A stretch of 64,000 nt of DNA, from assembly GCA_951406725.2 (NCBI GenBank), contig OX597815.1, positions 115,196,001-115,260,000 on the forward strand. The letters run 5' to 3'. Positions 1-12,637 of the stretch are shown in pieces. Source of the stretch: Octopus vulgaris (lineage: Eukaryota). Below the pieces are notes generated by a model, which made no database searches, was not told where the DNA came from, and worked only from the letters and a program-made list of their open reading frames with translations. Made by a program: the position numbers and the translations under genes. How positions within the stretch are numbered: position 1 is the stretch's first letter; every line of letters begins with the position of its first letter.

Positions 1-1254
1 AACAACCATGTCATTCATTTTTGCAGAGTTTGAACTTCATATTCTTCTTTTGATAAAAAGATTATATACTGGAGGAGGGAGGGGGCAATATTACAAATGT
101 ATGCAAAGAGTACAAAATAAAAGGGAAAAAAGCACAGATGATTGATAAAAATGTCCTCAATATCCAGGATGCACGTCTTGGGTAAATTTGCCAAAGGAAG
201 ATATTAGGTTTTCTCCCCACCACCCACTAGGTTCCTTGCCAAAAAATAGTATAAATTTAATGAATTTACCCTCGCTTAGAATCATGTTGTATAGTTTAGG
301 TCATATGAGCATAGATTGAAATCGTTAACTTTGCTCTTAATGAATTTTGAAGCTTTGAATTTTAATAACCTTATTCTCCAAATAATTTATATGAATGTTC
401 AAGAGGATAGAGTGTAGTGCAATTCCTTCGAGAATATAGCTTTTGGATTTTGTTGCTTTTGAGAAATCGTCTGCTGACAATATACTGTTTTCAGTTCGTC
501 AGAAAATTATTTATTCGACGTATTATGGTGAATAAATTACATAATTATGTAAGAATTCTATATATTTATGGTAAAAGCAACTTTCGCTAACGTACGTGAA
601 CACAAACCAGATAATAAATTCACAACACCTGTCCACTATTAGGGAAAGGACAGAAAATATTGTCACTAATCTGGGCGTTTTACAGACCTTCCTTCTAACT
701 GTTTAAAATATTATATTTACAGCATAACCATGCTTTAACAAATGTTTAAATATATGTTTTAAGCGATACTGAGCGATATAATTACTTTAAACATCGTTAA
801 TGTTAGAGAAATACTGGCAATGGGTGTCAAAAAATGCATTCAAATAAGAAAATGGCGGGGAAAATAAAAATCGTCTGCTTGCCAATATAACACAAAAATA
901 GGGAAGGTCGGACATTCCGAAACTGCTGTGAAACTTTAAGACAACCTTTGCATTTTCACCCAGTGAAAGTAATGCAATGTGCCAGAGATCCCTTGTTTAT
1001 GGAAATAAGGCAAGTACCAGCAAGTAATGCCCCGGCGCCCTTGTTAATGGCAATCATCCAAGTTACCAGATATTTCTTTCATTCGAATGCAAAATAAACT
1101 CTAAGGGTAAAGTGAATAGTATAAAACATTTCGTCTTCACTGTTAGCAGGCAAAATACCCGCCAAGTGCTCAGGAACATACCAACACATTTGCCGGCCTG
1201 ATCTGCATCAATCGAAAGGAACCAATGCCACAGCTTCTATGTAGCTACTAGTCG

Positions 1255-1590
1255 TACAAGAGATATAAGCTAAATCTCCCTCAAATTACATCTATCATCA
1301 TGAAAAGGAGAAAGGTACAGCGACGATGAACTCCTAAATCTGCGTAAAGATGAGAGGAAAAATTGGCTGGAACGCCTTCGCTTATAGGTGTGCTCGAATC
1401 AAAACTCTCCTGGGAGTTACCAACAATCTATAAACCCATCCAGTGTAAGAAATAGCAATGAGCTCTCCCTCAAATTATATCCTATCGTCTTAAAGATGTA
1501 GTGGAAAACGTAGTCATGAATATACAAAATAAAAACGATATGGTCCTGACTGGAGCGTCTTAGATTATAGGTCAGTTCCATTAGAGAGAT
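1255..1590 (-). repeat. Two tandem copies of an unclassified short interspersed repeat (other copies near 7.86k, 12.83-13.13k, 19.39-19.56k, 50.43-50.62k, 55.85-56.0k, 61.13-61.27k, 63.84-63.99k)
   Basis: The motif agaaatagc..c.aaatctccctcaaat.a.a..cta.c.tcttaaa...gtagtc(c)tag recurs across the window in both orientations. Confidence 0.55.
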
Positions 1591-3672
1591 GCCAATGTTT
1601 CCCATGTAATACAAATGTCCTGACGGGCAGGATATAAATGAAACTCATTTTTATAATTTAAGAAAACCTCAAATAAAATATCGAAATCTGACAAAGCATA
1701 GAGTGTAATTGATAACATAAGCTTAAATTTTATTTTTTTTAAATGCTCGAACTAAATTGTTTTTTTTTTTAAATGAAATTAGTTAAATGAAATAATCAGT
1801 AACATCCTGGTGCCAAGCCAGTCAACATAATTAGCCCAACAATTGCTTAATGTCTAAATGGGATTATAATAAAGTATTTTAGGGGAAATTTTTGTAAAAA
1901 CTAAAAAGCTCCTAGTAAATTGGTTTCGTTGGAGACCCTTAAGCAAAAAACAAAAGACAACAGTTGGTATGGATAATTTTGCTACGTAACTTTCTATCAT
2001 TATCTTAGAGACAATTAGAATATATATTTTGAGAATAACTTGCTTGTTTCTTTTTTACATGAAAACCATCTGGAGATAGAACCAGACTTGGCGCCTTTTT
2101 ATTTATAAGTACGATTAAGGAGTGGGTAGGGACAGAAAGCGTGGTAACATTGAGATCCCAAAAGCTCGCTTATAAAGTGTCTGTGTACAAACCCTATTCA
2201 ATCCTAAATAATTTTACATAAAAAAAAGTGCTGTCAAAATCTTTAGAAAACAGCACTGGGATTTAGATTTGAGAATAGAGATGAAATAAGGAAAATGAAA
2301 GGGAGTTAGGTTTCGGTGCAACGCGTAAAATAGAGGGTAATCTAACAGATTTTAGTCTCACACACGTGTGTATGCTTACTTGTACACGTTCATACAAGTG
2401 TTGAATTGTTTTATTAGCTGATTGTTTTAACGGGACAATATTATTTTCAATAAATCAGATTTCGTTTAAATTAAAAATACTATAATAACAAAGTGACCCA
2501 AAAGTAAAAAATAAAAATCTACTTAAAACGGTTAAAAAGTAGAGTTGGTTTCTGATGAGGGGAAAAAAAAAAAAAAAAACGCAGGTCATCAGAAGCACAT
2601 TCATGTGTCGACAAGTGTCAGTAGATAAGAACGACGACATTGTCATTTACGTTGCCAGGTGTCATTTGCTCATACAAGCTCACCTGATCTAAGTAAGACC
2701 GAGTTGAGTTCTCTCATGGGGACGCGAACGATGTTATCGCGACGTCGAAATGTCTAGTATGTGACAATGTGACAAGCCCTGCCAATATTGCTTGTCCCCA
2801 AATAAGCACAACAAATACTTATTAGATAGTGTATACTTAAACCGTATGGAAGGTGTATTACTTTATAGTTACGTCCTTTAACAGTTCTGTCAGTAAATAT
2901 TTTGGAATAAATTCACAAATTAAAGAGAGCAACAATTAAGTAAGAGCTAAAAATCAGTACACATTTGTTTTTATAGAAGTAAGGCCTAATGAATATAGGC
3001 TGGTCCTCTTTAACGGAGTTCTAAAGGAATGAATAAACTGCGTGTCAGTTTAACTAATCACAAAATGAATTGAGGAATGCAAAAAAGAAAAATATATATT
3101 TTCGATGAAATAACCAGAAGTATATGTGTATGATTTAAAATTTTCACTTTTCAGACTACTTTTAAAAATTTTTTTTAAAAACTCAAAATCTTTGATTACA
3201 GAGTTTCACACACACACAGAAGTGTGTGTGTTTTCTAATAACTACATAAAACCATAGTTAACAAATCAGTGTGGAAAAAAAGTTTTAAAAGCCTAGAGGT
3301 GAGATTATATACCTGGAAATGTTCACAAACACACACACGCACATATATATATATACACACATACACGCAGGATAAACTTAAACAGCGCACAAGTAATGTT
3401 TGAAGACAGTAAACTATATGCTATAAAAATTACAAAAAAAAAAAGTTTTGAAACAGACAATCGCATCACATACGGAAACCGAAAAATAAAAAAAATATAA
3501 TTCACTTTCATTTATAAACGTTGAAAAAAAAAAAGAAAGAAAAAAAATATACTAGAAAGGTATAAAAGTCACAACTCTTATTATCATAAGCCTTCAAACT
3601 AATAAAATTTATGGTTTGATTTTTCGGTAAAAACCAAATCAAATAAATATATATTTTTTTTCTTCAACTTAC

Positions 3673-3723
3673 CTTTATCCAAAGTTCGAATTCTGGTATC
3701 GTGAGTTTTGTTTCTAGTGACAT
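3673..3723 (-). CDS. CLIC: First coding exon of a chloride intracellular channel (CLIC/EXC-4 family) gene; the rest of the gene is not found in 1-3672 and presumably lies left of the window
   Basis: Minus strand reads ccgtc-ATG TCA CTA GAA ACA AAA CTC ACG ATA CCA GAA TTC GAA CTT TGG ATA AAG|GTAAGT = MSLETKLTIPEFELWIK followed by a perfect phase-0 donor. P-E-x-E-L-x-x-K matches the CLIC N-terminal motif (fly PEIELIIKA, vertebrate IELFVK/VELFVK), and vertebrate CLIC genes have a phase-0 intron right after this K. It lies about 190 nt downstream of a promoter-like region. Confidence 0.75.
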
Positions 3724-3904
3724 GACGGAAAGAAAATATTATTTTGAATTATTCGTACTCCTTTCACAAACACACGCAAGTGTGTGTGCGTGCGTGGAAA
3801 AAGTTTCTCACCACGAAACAGATATCGTAAATGAAAATGAGAAAAGTTTGAGAGAGAGATAAGATATATAGTAAGAAAGAATGAGAAGTAAAACCCTCTT
3901 AACA

Positions 3905-4030
3905 AAATTCACTCCAATCTGAATGCGTTATCCAACAACCAATGATGACGCATAACAACTCAGCTATTGGAGCAACTCCGCTGGCGGGACAACCGAGCGC
4001 ATGCGTATTCGCCACATGCTAGCGCACTTG
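3905..4030. promoter_or_regulatory. CpG-rich TATA-less promoter, probably bidirectional
   Basis: CCAAT at 3914 and 3939, ATTGG at 3966, CRE-like TGACGC at 3946, E2F-like GGCGGGA at 3983, NRF1-like GCGCATGCG at 3997-4005. Local CpG enrichment, immediately upstream of the CLIC-like exon. Confidence 0.7.
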
Positions 4031-4495
4031 CCCCCATTTCATTGACAGGACAGTATTGTCTCTGTTTAACTGGATTTTCGGGGCTAGGGGTGGCTTTTCT
4101 TCTCTGATTTATTTATCTATTTTTTTAAGTAATATTACTGTTGCATTTATGTTTTCTTTCTTAACTTCTTTTTCTCCACTCATTCCCCCCCCCGCTTCTG
4201 ACAACTATTTCTTGTTTATCATTGAATAAAGTTTGATAAACTGGCAGTAGAGATTAATATTCAGAAACAGCAAATTAATTTATTATAAAAACAGAAAATA
4301 ATATTTACAAAACAGAATTAAATATATATACATATATATATATATTTATATCCAAGTAATTATTTTTTCTAGAGCAGGAAGTATAAGTTACTGAAACAAA
4401 GATTTTTTCTTTTTTGGTTATCTTTGCTATTCTTTCAAACTGCCAGATGTTGCCTTGAAAATGACTTTCTTGTAGGTTAACCATCAATAAATCTG

Positions 4496-4546
<51 letters not shown>

Positions 4547-4789
4547 TATCTATACTGGACCTGTCACTTTGACTTTTATAAAAGCTTCAGCTCATTATAA
4601 AATTTGGCTACTAATTTATTGTCTATAGAAAAGTGACCTACTGAATTGACACGATTTAATTTGAAGTCAAACCCGAGAATCCTTAATTCATTTATGGTAA
4701 AATAAATGCAAAATGTTTTATTGTTCTTGTAGACAGAAATATCTAGTTTCTCTATTGGGTCAACCATCTTAGTACAAACTAGGCTTAAT

Positions 4790-5470
4790 ATTGCCTGACT
4801 TCAATAACTGTAAAAGGACCATTATTGATATTACAATCTGTCAGTCAGCATGGGTCTGTGAACTGGACCTTTTATTAGCACCAGATCAGCCAACTGGAAG
4901 CATTCAATATCAGATCATTCCTAAGTGCCCTCAGTCTCACATGGAAGGACAAGGTGCCTCATACCGAAATCTTCCCGAGAGCTGAGATCTACAGCTTTGA
5001 GGCCTGAATCTTTTGTCATCTTCTCCATTGGGTTGAACATGTGATTTGGATGTTGGGTAACCAGCTCTAAAAGATAGTCTGCTTCAACAAGATGAAGACT
5101 GGAAGAAGGCCTCATGGACGTTCAAAACTTCATATCCTTGATCATGTCAAGCAGTCTCTCATTTTATGCAGTGTCCCTCCCAATTTGTTGGAGCCTTTCA
5201 CTGTTAATTGGAAGGCATGGAGATCTGTGTGTGATGCAAGAATAGAGTGTTTTGAAATCAAATGCAGGAGACTGCATGAAGAAGCGAGGAGGACATCATC
5301 ATCAACCCCCTGCAACTGTTGTTTGGGGTCACTTTTAGTGCTCTTAGTGCCACAGGATCTGCTTATCTTGTACCAGTCTTGTCAGCCACAGCCAATCCCA
5401 AGAAAAACAATGTGCTGGTGGTAGAGGAGGATGAATGTCATGAATCATCATTATCATCATCTTTGACGGG
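4790..5470 (+). mobile_element. Old RTE-clade LINE 3' fragment (post-RT region)
   Basis: Translates with stops as ..NWTFY*HQISQLEAFNIRSFLSALSLTWKDKVPHTEIFPRAEI.. and then ..KTGRRPHGRSKL.., resembling the RTE C-terminal 'ETWT..I..LEAF..R.L..I.W.DKV...E.L.RA' segment. Confidence 0.6.
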
Positions 5471-5688
5471 CTGTCATAAGCAAGCAAGCAGTGTCTGTTA
5501 GTTATTATTAATTTATCATTTCTGTAGTAATTAATTTAAACTACATCTAAATTAGATTAGATTAGGAGACTGAACCCTAAACTGTTACTTTGAAGAAAAC
5601 CACACAAACTGTTACACCAGAGATTCTTAGCTAAGTTATAACAACTGCTTAAGATATATACATACATACATTTTTACGTACACACCCA

Positions 5689-6099
5689 TCTATAATATAT
5701 ATAAGATTGAGTTTATGTGTGTGTGTGTGTGTGTGTCAGTGTATAAGTGTGTCTGTGTGTGCATAGACATTTATGTTTTTTATAGAATCCACATTCAATG
5801 TCCGATTGACCTCAAATTTTATACACATGTCAGAGCTAGGTCATGGCAAAGAAATTAACCCTGTGACCTGCACACATGATAGGGGTCATAGATATAAAGT
5901 TACCTTATGTGCACATGTGTTGCTGAACTTTTGTTCATGCCTTAATTGCTCTGTTTTACACGTTAATGTGTTATTTTGGTGGGAGAGAGCAAAATGGCTC
6001 ATTCACCAACACATTTTGCACCTCTAGCTACTCTTTTGACACATGTTCAATACTTTTTGCAAGTTCCAATGCGTAACGTTGAGCAATAGGCTTTCTTAG
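5689..6099 (+). mobile_element. Non-autonomous Helitron-like element
   Basis: Starts a|TCTATAATATAT followed by a (GT)n tract and ends with a GC-richer subterminal segment (gcgtaacgttgagc) and ..TTAG|t, i.e. an A|T insertion without TSD. The 3' end deviates from CTRR. Confidence 0.4.
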
Positions 6100-6204
6100 T
6101 AGAGGGCCATAGCGGTGGTTAGTTGTAAAAAATCACGTCAAAGCTTTTGAAGCCCTATTACTGCTTGCAATAGCTTGTGTGTGTGTGTATATATATATAT
6201 ATGT

Positions 6205-6660
6205 CATACTTGAGAGGACCTGGCAGGCTGGGTGAGATCATAGTTGTGACAGATGCCAGTGTCACATAACTGGCCCATTTAAAAGTACCCTTCAATTGTT
6301 GGGTGATATGCCGTGCTTGTAAAGACCTGCTAAACCAAGTGAAATCGTAGTCAGAGCTGATGCCAGTGCCACCTGACTGGCACCAATGCCGGTGACACGT
6401 AAACAGCACTTTTCAAGCATGGCTGATGCCAGTGCTGCCTGACTGGCACCCGTGCTGGTGGCACATAAAAAGCACCCACTACACTCTTGGAGTGGTTGGC
6501 ATTAGGAAGGGCATCAAGCTGTAGAAATCTTTCCAAATCAAATTGGAGCCTGGTGCAGCCTCTTGGCTTGCCAGTTCTCAGTCAAACCATTGAACCCATG
6601 CCAGCATGGAAAGCAGATCTTAAATGACGACGATGGCAATAGCAATGATGATGATGATGA
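6205..6660 (+). mobile_element. RTE LINE 3' UTR fragment with (GAT)n tail
   Basis: Same 3' sequence as the RT-bearing copy at 39.5-41.7 kb (..ggcattaggaagggcatc.agctgtagaaa..aacccatgccagcatggaaa..ttaaatgacgac(gat)n). Confidence 0.85.
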
Positions 6661-8504
6661 TATATATATATATATATATATACACGTACATATACACACA
6701 CACATATATATATATGTAGAGAGAGAGAGAGAGAAACATGTATGGCAATTTGAACTTGATTGACATTCTGCAATAACTTAATCTTGCTTAAAACAGTTAT
6801 ATGAAAACTAAAAATTAATTTTTACACATCTATGTGAAATTTAGCATATCACAAACAATCTTTAGAGAGCTGAGCCAGTGAAAAATTCTGGTGCATACAT
6901 TCCTTGATAAAGTTGTCCGATAAAATTCAGAAGAAATAGACTTGATAAATTTACAGATTCATTTTACTACACCTAATCTTCACACATACATGCACACGTC
7001 ATTCTCATCATTTTAAGAAAAAAAAAAAACGAAAAAAAAAACTTTAATGATGCCAAACACAAAATTATGCTGTCCTATTAACAACCTAATGCTTACCTTG
7101 AAAGCCATTTTATCACTGTTTTCTATCTATACTGGAATAATTTGCTTGTAAGGTAAGAAAGGAATGAAAAATTGATGGCATGAACAGAGAAAAAATAGTT
7201 ATGACAAATATGTTCAGTTTCTGGGAAACGAAAAACTGAAACATATGATGAGATAATTATGTATTTTGGTGTGCTATCTATAACTATGAGCTCATAGAAT
7301 AAATGAGTGACTGATTATATAGTGAATATGACAACCAGGAAGGACACATTTCTTCATAGGTACTATCTGTAGATCAATTAACCTGGAAATAAGACACAAG
7401 TATTTTATCTCATGCTTGCTAATCTGCCAAATTTTCTCACAAAATCATGAAGTTCCATTACATCAGTGCTTATCACTTTTTTTTTTTAATTTGCTTGGCC
7501 TTCATAGGCTCTCCATGATGAGTAAGACATGTGCTAGGAGAGATTTTCAGATAACCAAAGTTTTGTAGAGGAAGACTGGGTGTAGAAGTTAGTGCAGAGC
7601 CTGAAGGGTGGGGTGTACTAGAACCCAAAATAAGGAATGAGAAGAGAGGAGACAGGTGAGCAAGGCACTTTCGGGTGGCAGTTACATAAGAGTAGCTTAT
7701 TACATTGTAGTAGCAATAGAAAAAGCAGAGAGAAAAGACAGCATGTCTGGTCCAGCTGATGGAGCCTGTATAGGAGTGACTTAATACTAACTTCTATAGC
7801 ACAATAGTATTTAGCAGAAAAAAAAACAAACCTTTCTCTGATCTATGTGATTATTTGACACGCTAGAAATAACAACCAAATTTCCTTTCCATTTCAACCC
7901 ACTGCCTTAAAAAAAATGACATTTGAGGAGTCTATTCTGTCAATGCTGACCTGAAATTTTCAGGAGAGGCTCTTTGAATTAGGATATTTCATTCAGAATT
8001 GTTTATGCTAGAATGGTTTATAAAGTGCAAGTCGTCATCATCATCCTCATCAATAATTTCATATCTACTTTGTATTTTACCATAAATTGGATGGGTTACC
8101 ATGTTCTCAGTCAGTTCTTATTGGAGTTAGTGCTATAGTAGATGTGTTAGAGGAATGTGTTTCCCTTGTAAATTCCATTTTTGGCATGGTTTCTATGGCT
8201 GGATATTCTTCTTAATACAAAAAAGGCAATAAGAAGTGTGAGACTTAATATAGATATACTCTGCATTCCAATTTGCACCACACCACCACCACCATCACTA
8301 CCATCACCACTGCCATTTTGACAATAATTTAATCATTTTTGCACCAGTAAACAGGTCTTCTTCAAAACTGCATGTCACCACTCAGTGTCGTTTATTGTCA
8401 TTGCTTTCACAGCTTATATATTTACCGCATGACTAAATATATATTTATAGATCATATTGTATATGACTTAAATAAGGTTTTATCCCTCTCTCTCTATCTC
8501 TCTC

Positions 8505-8541
<37 letters not shown>

Positions 8542-8766
8542 AATATATACATGTATGTATATAAGGTTCTGTGTTATGGCTGGTCAGAGAGTGACCATTG
8601 GTTTTGCACCTATAAAGTGCTTAGCTATACAGGTGTGAAACCAATGTATAGGTGTGAAACTGGCCAAAATAAACAACTTTCTAAATATTACTATAAAACA
8701 GTAAGATCTTCTATTAAAGCCTGATATCTTCCAACTTTATGTTATATTATTCATATATATATATAT

Positions 8767-8944
8767 AGGGAGAGTTTACAAAAAAAACAAAAGACGAAGA
8801 CAGGTGGTGTACAAAACAAACAGATGTATTAGTATAACGCTCAGGAATTGAAAAAGTCTTTTACGTTTCGAGCCTATGCTCTTCTACAGAAAGGGACACA
8901 GAAAAAACAAGGAGAGAAAAAAATGTGTGTAGTGGCTAACGATC
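8767..8944 (-). mobile_element. Short hammerhead-motif element, family A copy 1 (Penelope pLTR-like), inserted in (TA)n
   Basis: Minus strand: CTTT-CTGTAGA-A-GAGC-ATAG-GCTC-GAAAC-GTA-AAAG (8857-8893). Homologous to 32709-32915 and 48122-48330. TA repeats on both sides. Confidence 0.6.
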
Positions 8945-8960
8945 TATACACATATATATT

Positions 8961-9103
8961 GGGGTGGTTGGCATTAGGAAGGGCATCTAGCTGTAGAAAC
9001 TCTGCCAGATCAAGATTGGAGTCTGGTGCAGCCATCTGGTTCGCCAGCTCTCAGTCAAATCGTCCAACCCATGCTAGCATGGAAAGCAGACGTTAAATGA
9101 TGA
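8961..9103 (+). mobile_element. RTE LINE 3' tail fragment
   Basis: ggttggcattaggaagggcatc...cgtccaacccatgctagcatggaaagcagacgttaaa(tga)n. Confidence 0.85.
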
Positions 9104-9123
9104 TATGTGTGTGTGTGTATGTA

Positions 9124-9170
<47 letters not shown>

Positions 9171-9234
9171 GCAAAACAGGTTTCTTTCAGTTTCTGTCTA
9201 CCAAATCCACTCACAAGACTTTGGTTGGCCAACA

Positions 9235-9930
9235 ACATCTCATATATGTCTCCACAGATGTCTCGTGCAAGGAAGTGGATCCAGATATGCCTTGCTTTCA
9301 TATCACTATCATATTGAATGGAAGTGCATAGATTCAGAAATGTCTCAAAGATATTTGACGGATGTTCTCAGTTATATCCAGCAAATATCTTTCAGGTATT
9401 TTTACTGGTGCTCCACAGCACAAATCTTACATGTATCTACCCTATGTCCTTTTTAATTCCTTACATATGTCTTATCTCACAAATGTCTTACTCTCACAGA
9501 TATCTTATTACAATTTTCTTGTAAATATCCTTACAGATGTCTTCCAGATTATCTCAGATATGTTGCTTCCTATAAATTTGTACTACATATGTTCTCACTC
9601 ATTTATCACAGATGAATATCCCATAGATGTATCCTAGATGTCTCACATATATAACCACAGGTATCTTCATAAATTTTCTCAAATATGCCACATAGGTCAT
9701 CTCACAGATATCTTCACAGATGTCTCCATAGCACTGTCATCACAAGCAACTTCATACTTTTATCCTTTTAAATGTCTACCAGATGTTCATACTGATATTC
9801 CATTAAAGTCCATCTTATGCGTTTCCATAGATGCTTTCAAAGACGTCTCACAGATATACTACTGATAACTCCATGAATGTCCAACATATACCCTCAGAGA
9901 CCATTTCTCAGATATCATCAAAACTGTCTT
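9235..9930. repeat. Degenerate minisatellite built on a short (c)acagat(a/g)tct unit
   Basis: Many spaced recurrences of cagatatc/cagatgtc/agatgt over about 700 bp. Confidence 0.55.
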
Positions 9931-12128
9931 CAATGATGTTGAACCGTTACCCAATTGAGATCTCAAAGTTGTTTTATGAATTAAAAATAAAAAGGAAAAG
10001 AAATGGGAAAACAAAGTTTTACTGAAATACACATAGTTGATAGTTGTAATTCTAATACATATGTTACTTACTGAAATAGTATTCAGGGTTTATTGAGAAC
10101 ATCTTCATTATTAATGTTATCTCAATAACATGGATGGAAACTGAGCTAGTGGGAGGTTCTGCCACCAATGAACTTTGATCAATGTGTTATCTTCATTTTC
10201 AAAGGCAGCACATAAAACAGACATTTTTGTAACAAAGACAAAAAGAAAAATAATTAAAGGTTGGATAAAATTTTATGAGTTAAGGAGTTAAATTGTTTAA
10301 TGTGTAGTCATGAATTAAATAAAAATTGCAGTATATCTTTGAGTATTATCTCAACCAGGAATGTCTCTAAATCCTTGGAAAATGAATGACTGTGTTGGAC
10401 AATCAGAGAAGTGGTTTGAGATTTATTTTCTATTATACGAAATGTTCAGAGCCAAAACCCTTGAATCCAAATACTAAGTTGATTTCTCTGTAAGTAGATA
10501 CTACAGGGTAATATAAATTACTGAAAACTGGGATAATATAGTAAAACTAATAGATGATTATTAGCTTGAATTAGTGAGTTCAACTCTACCAAAAGAAAAA
10601 TATATTTATCAAGAGACAGCCATCTTCTCTAGGTAAAATTTCTTTTCATCTACATACTGAAACAGAAATTAGGAATAAATACTGATCCAGATGCTCATGA
10701 AGCTCTGTGAAATGAAGAAAATAGAATGTAATCTGATGGGTTGTTGGGGCACTACTGAAGATTATGTCTTTGTTTAGTTTTTCAGAATGAGATATAGTGA
10801 AATAGTTTGCTATTACCACATTGCGGTATCTAGAACAATCATGGGAAACTGTAGCCTTTAGAAGTTTCTGAATGGCATGCTAATGAGAAATTAACTTGAA
10901 TCTTTTTACTAGTAAGGCTAACCTCATGAGGAGTCATATCTCATGCAACCTGCTTCTCATAAAAGACTACCTATACCTGCTCTAGAAGGATTTAAACTCA
11001 ATCACTGCAAGCTAAGTAACATTTGTCAATTATACGGTATCCTACCTTCCTTGCACCTTTAACATCGCTTATACAAAATCTCTGCTTTGCACCGGTCAAC
11101 AACTATATATAAGTTGGTTCATAGATATATAACTTTTCATAGATCAAAAGTTATATCTGCTGCAGATGTATATTAGTTGTTTCTGGTCAGAATGTTTTAT
11201 TCTATTTAATTCACTTGACTGTTGGAAAGAAGTGCAAATGTAGCTTCTTGTGGATCAGTGTCCTAATCAGAGAAGTCTTGTCTCTCATCTACTTCACTCA
11301 TGTAATGAAAGGTAGGCAGCAAATAATCAGATATCTGATAATCTCTTGACTCTCGGGAGGCATTTAAAGTTCATATTTACAGAAATGAATATTCATCTAT
11401 TATAAATTAAGTGCTTTTTTTTCCAGGAACATCATAAATCAGTGACAGATACAAACCATTGACATATGTATCGGTATTTTATTTATTTTCTATGGCTTAG
11501 AGAAGAAAGGATGTCTATAGCATTTTTCATGTCCTTCAAAACTAGTGGGAGGATAGGAGAAAGATAACCTGAATGTTTGCAACAGTGTGGACTTTGCTAA
11601 AGATAACCAAGGATCATATGGTGGTGTCTAACTAGACACTGGATTAGGACTACTATCCAAGTATAACAGTATATTATTGACTTTATTAGCTGTAACTTTT
11701 GTTGTACCAATTTATAGTTAACATTGTTATATAACTCTTTACATAATGAACTTTAGGTTAGTTAGAGTATGTTTGACACATTTTAACTTCTAAAGGCAAA
11801 TTCATTGCAGTTACTATGTTGGAAAAATTCTCTCTTTTGGTAAAAGGTGCAAAAACACCATATCTGCCTAGTGTCTCCCTCTAGCAGATTCCCAGATGCA
11901 CATTTCTGGCTCTTTAGCTTTTCTCAATACCAAAAAGAGATAACTCTGGACAAATTCAGAGCTGTAGCTTTAACTAAAAAAAAAAAACAATCAACATTAG
12001 TGACTGAATTGTGCTAGTGGACAGCCTGGTCATTATAAAAATAGAAGCATCAGTGCCAAGCAGTGATTAGGAATAAACAAACATTTGGTTAGTTAAAATA
12101 TGCTTGTAATATATTTTAACTTCTAAAA

Positions 12129-12637
12129 CAGGGGTGGGGAAACCTTTTAGTGCAGCAGACAAAAATTTCCTAAGAAAAAGGTCTGCAGGCAGATCACAAG
12201 TTCTAACTCTTATATCTGTGTATATCTATGCATAATTCGATAGACATTAGTAAAGATATGTTTAACACATTAAATTAACATGTAACATCTTCATAAATTC
12301 CACCACTGAATTTAGGACATTTATATTACTTATGAGGTATTCTATATTTTTCAGCTAGAGTGCAGTTGGGTCTTAAGGGGGTGGTACAAACCTAGCAATA
12401 TGTGTTTCATTTGCAAAAACATTCAAATGGCAATTATCGGATGATTTCTGTTCGAGCCTGACCTTTTTAAGTCGTAGTGGAAATGTGACCTATGTCGCAA
12501 ACAGGCATATGAATATTGTATAAATTTTACGATTGAAAAATTGACTATATTTTGTACATATAAGTATATCAGCCTGCGGGCACAGTAAAATGGGCTCACG
12601 GGCGTATTTGTGCTCGTGGTGGGGTTCCCCATCCTTG
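12129..12637. mobile_element. Non-autonomous hAT (Charlie/Buster-type) transposon
   Basis: Termini CAGGGGTGGGGAA / TTCCCCATCCTTG, flanked by ttctaaaa / ttctaatg (8-bp TSD-like with central TA), with GC-rich subterminal motifs. Confidence 0.65.

Noticed and set aside
470-508. Minus-strand CTGACGA-ACT-GAAA motif
   Set aside because: No stem II or stem I; expected by chance in AT-rich DNA.
2547-2596. CTGATGAG followed by GAAA and GTC, resembling a hammerhead
   Set aside because: There is no stem II and the GAAA is the start of a poly-A run. The segment is better explained as a 9-11 bp inverted repeat (ttctgatga/tcatcagaa).
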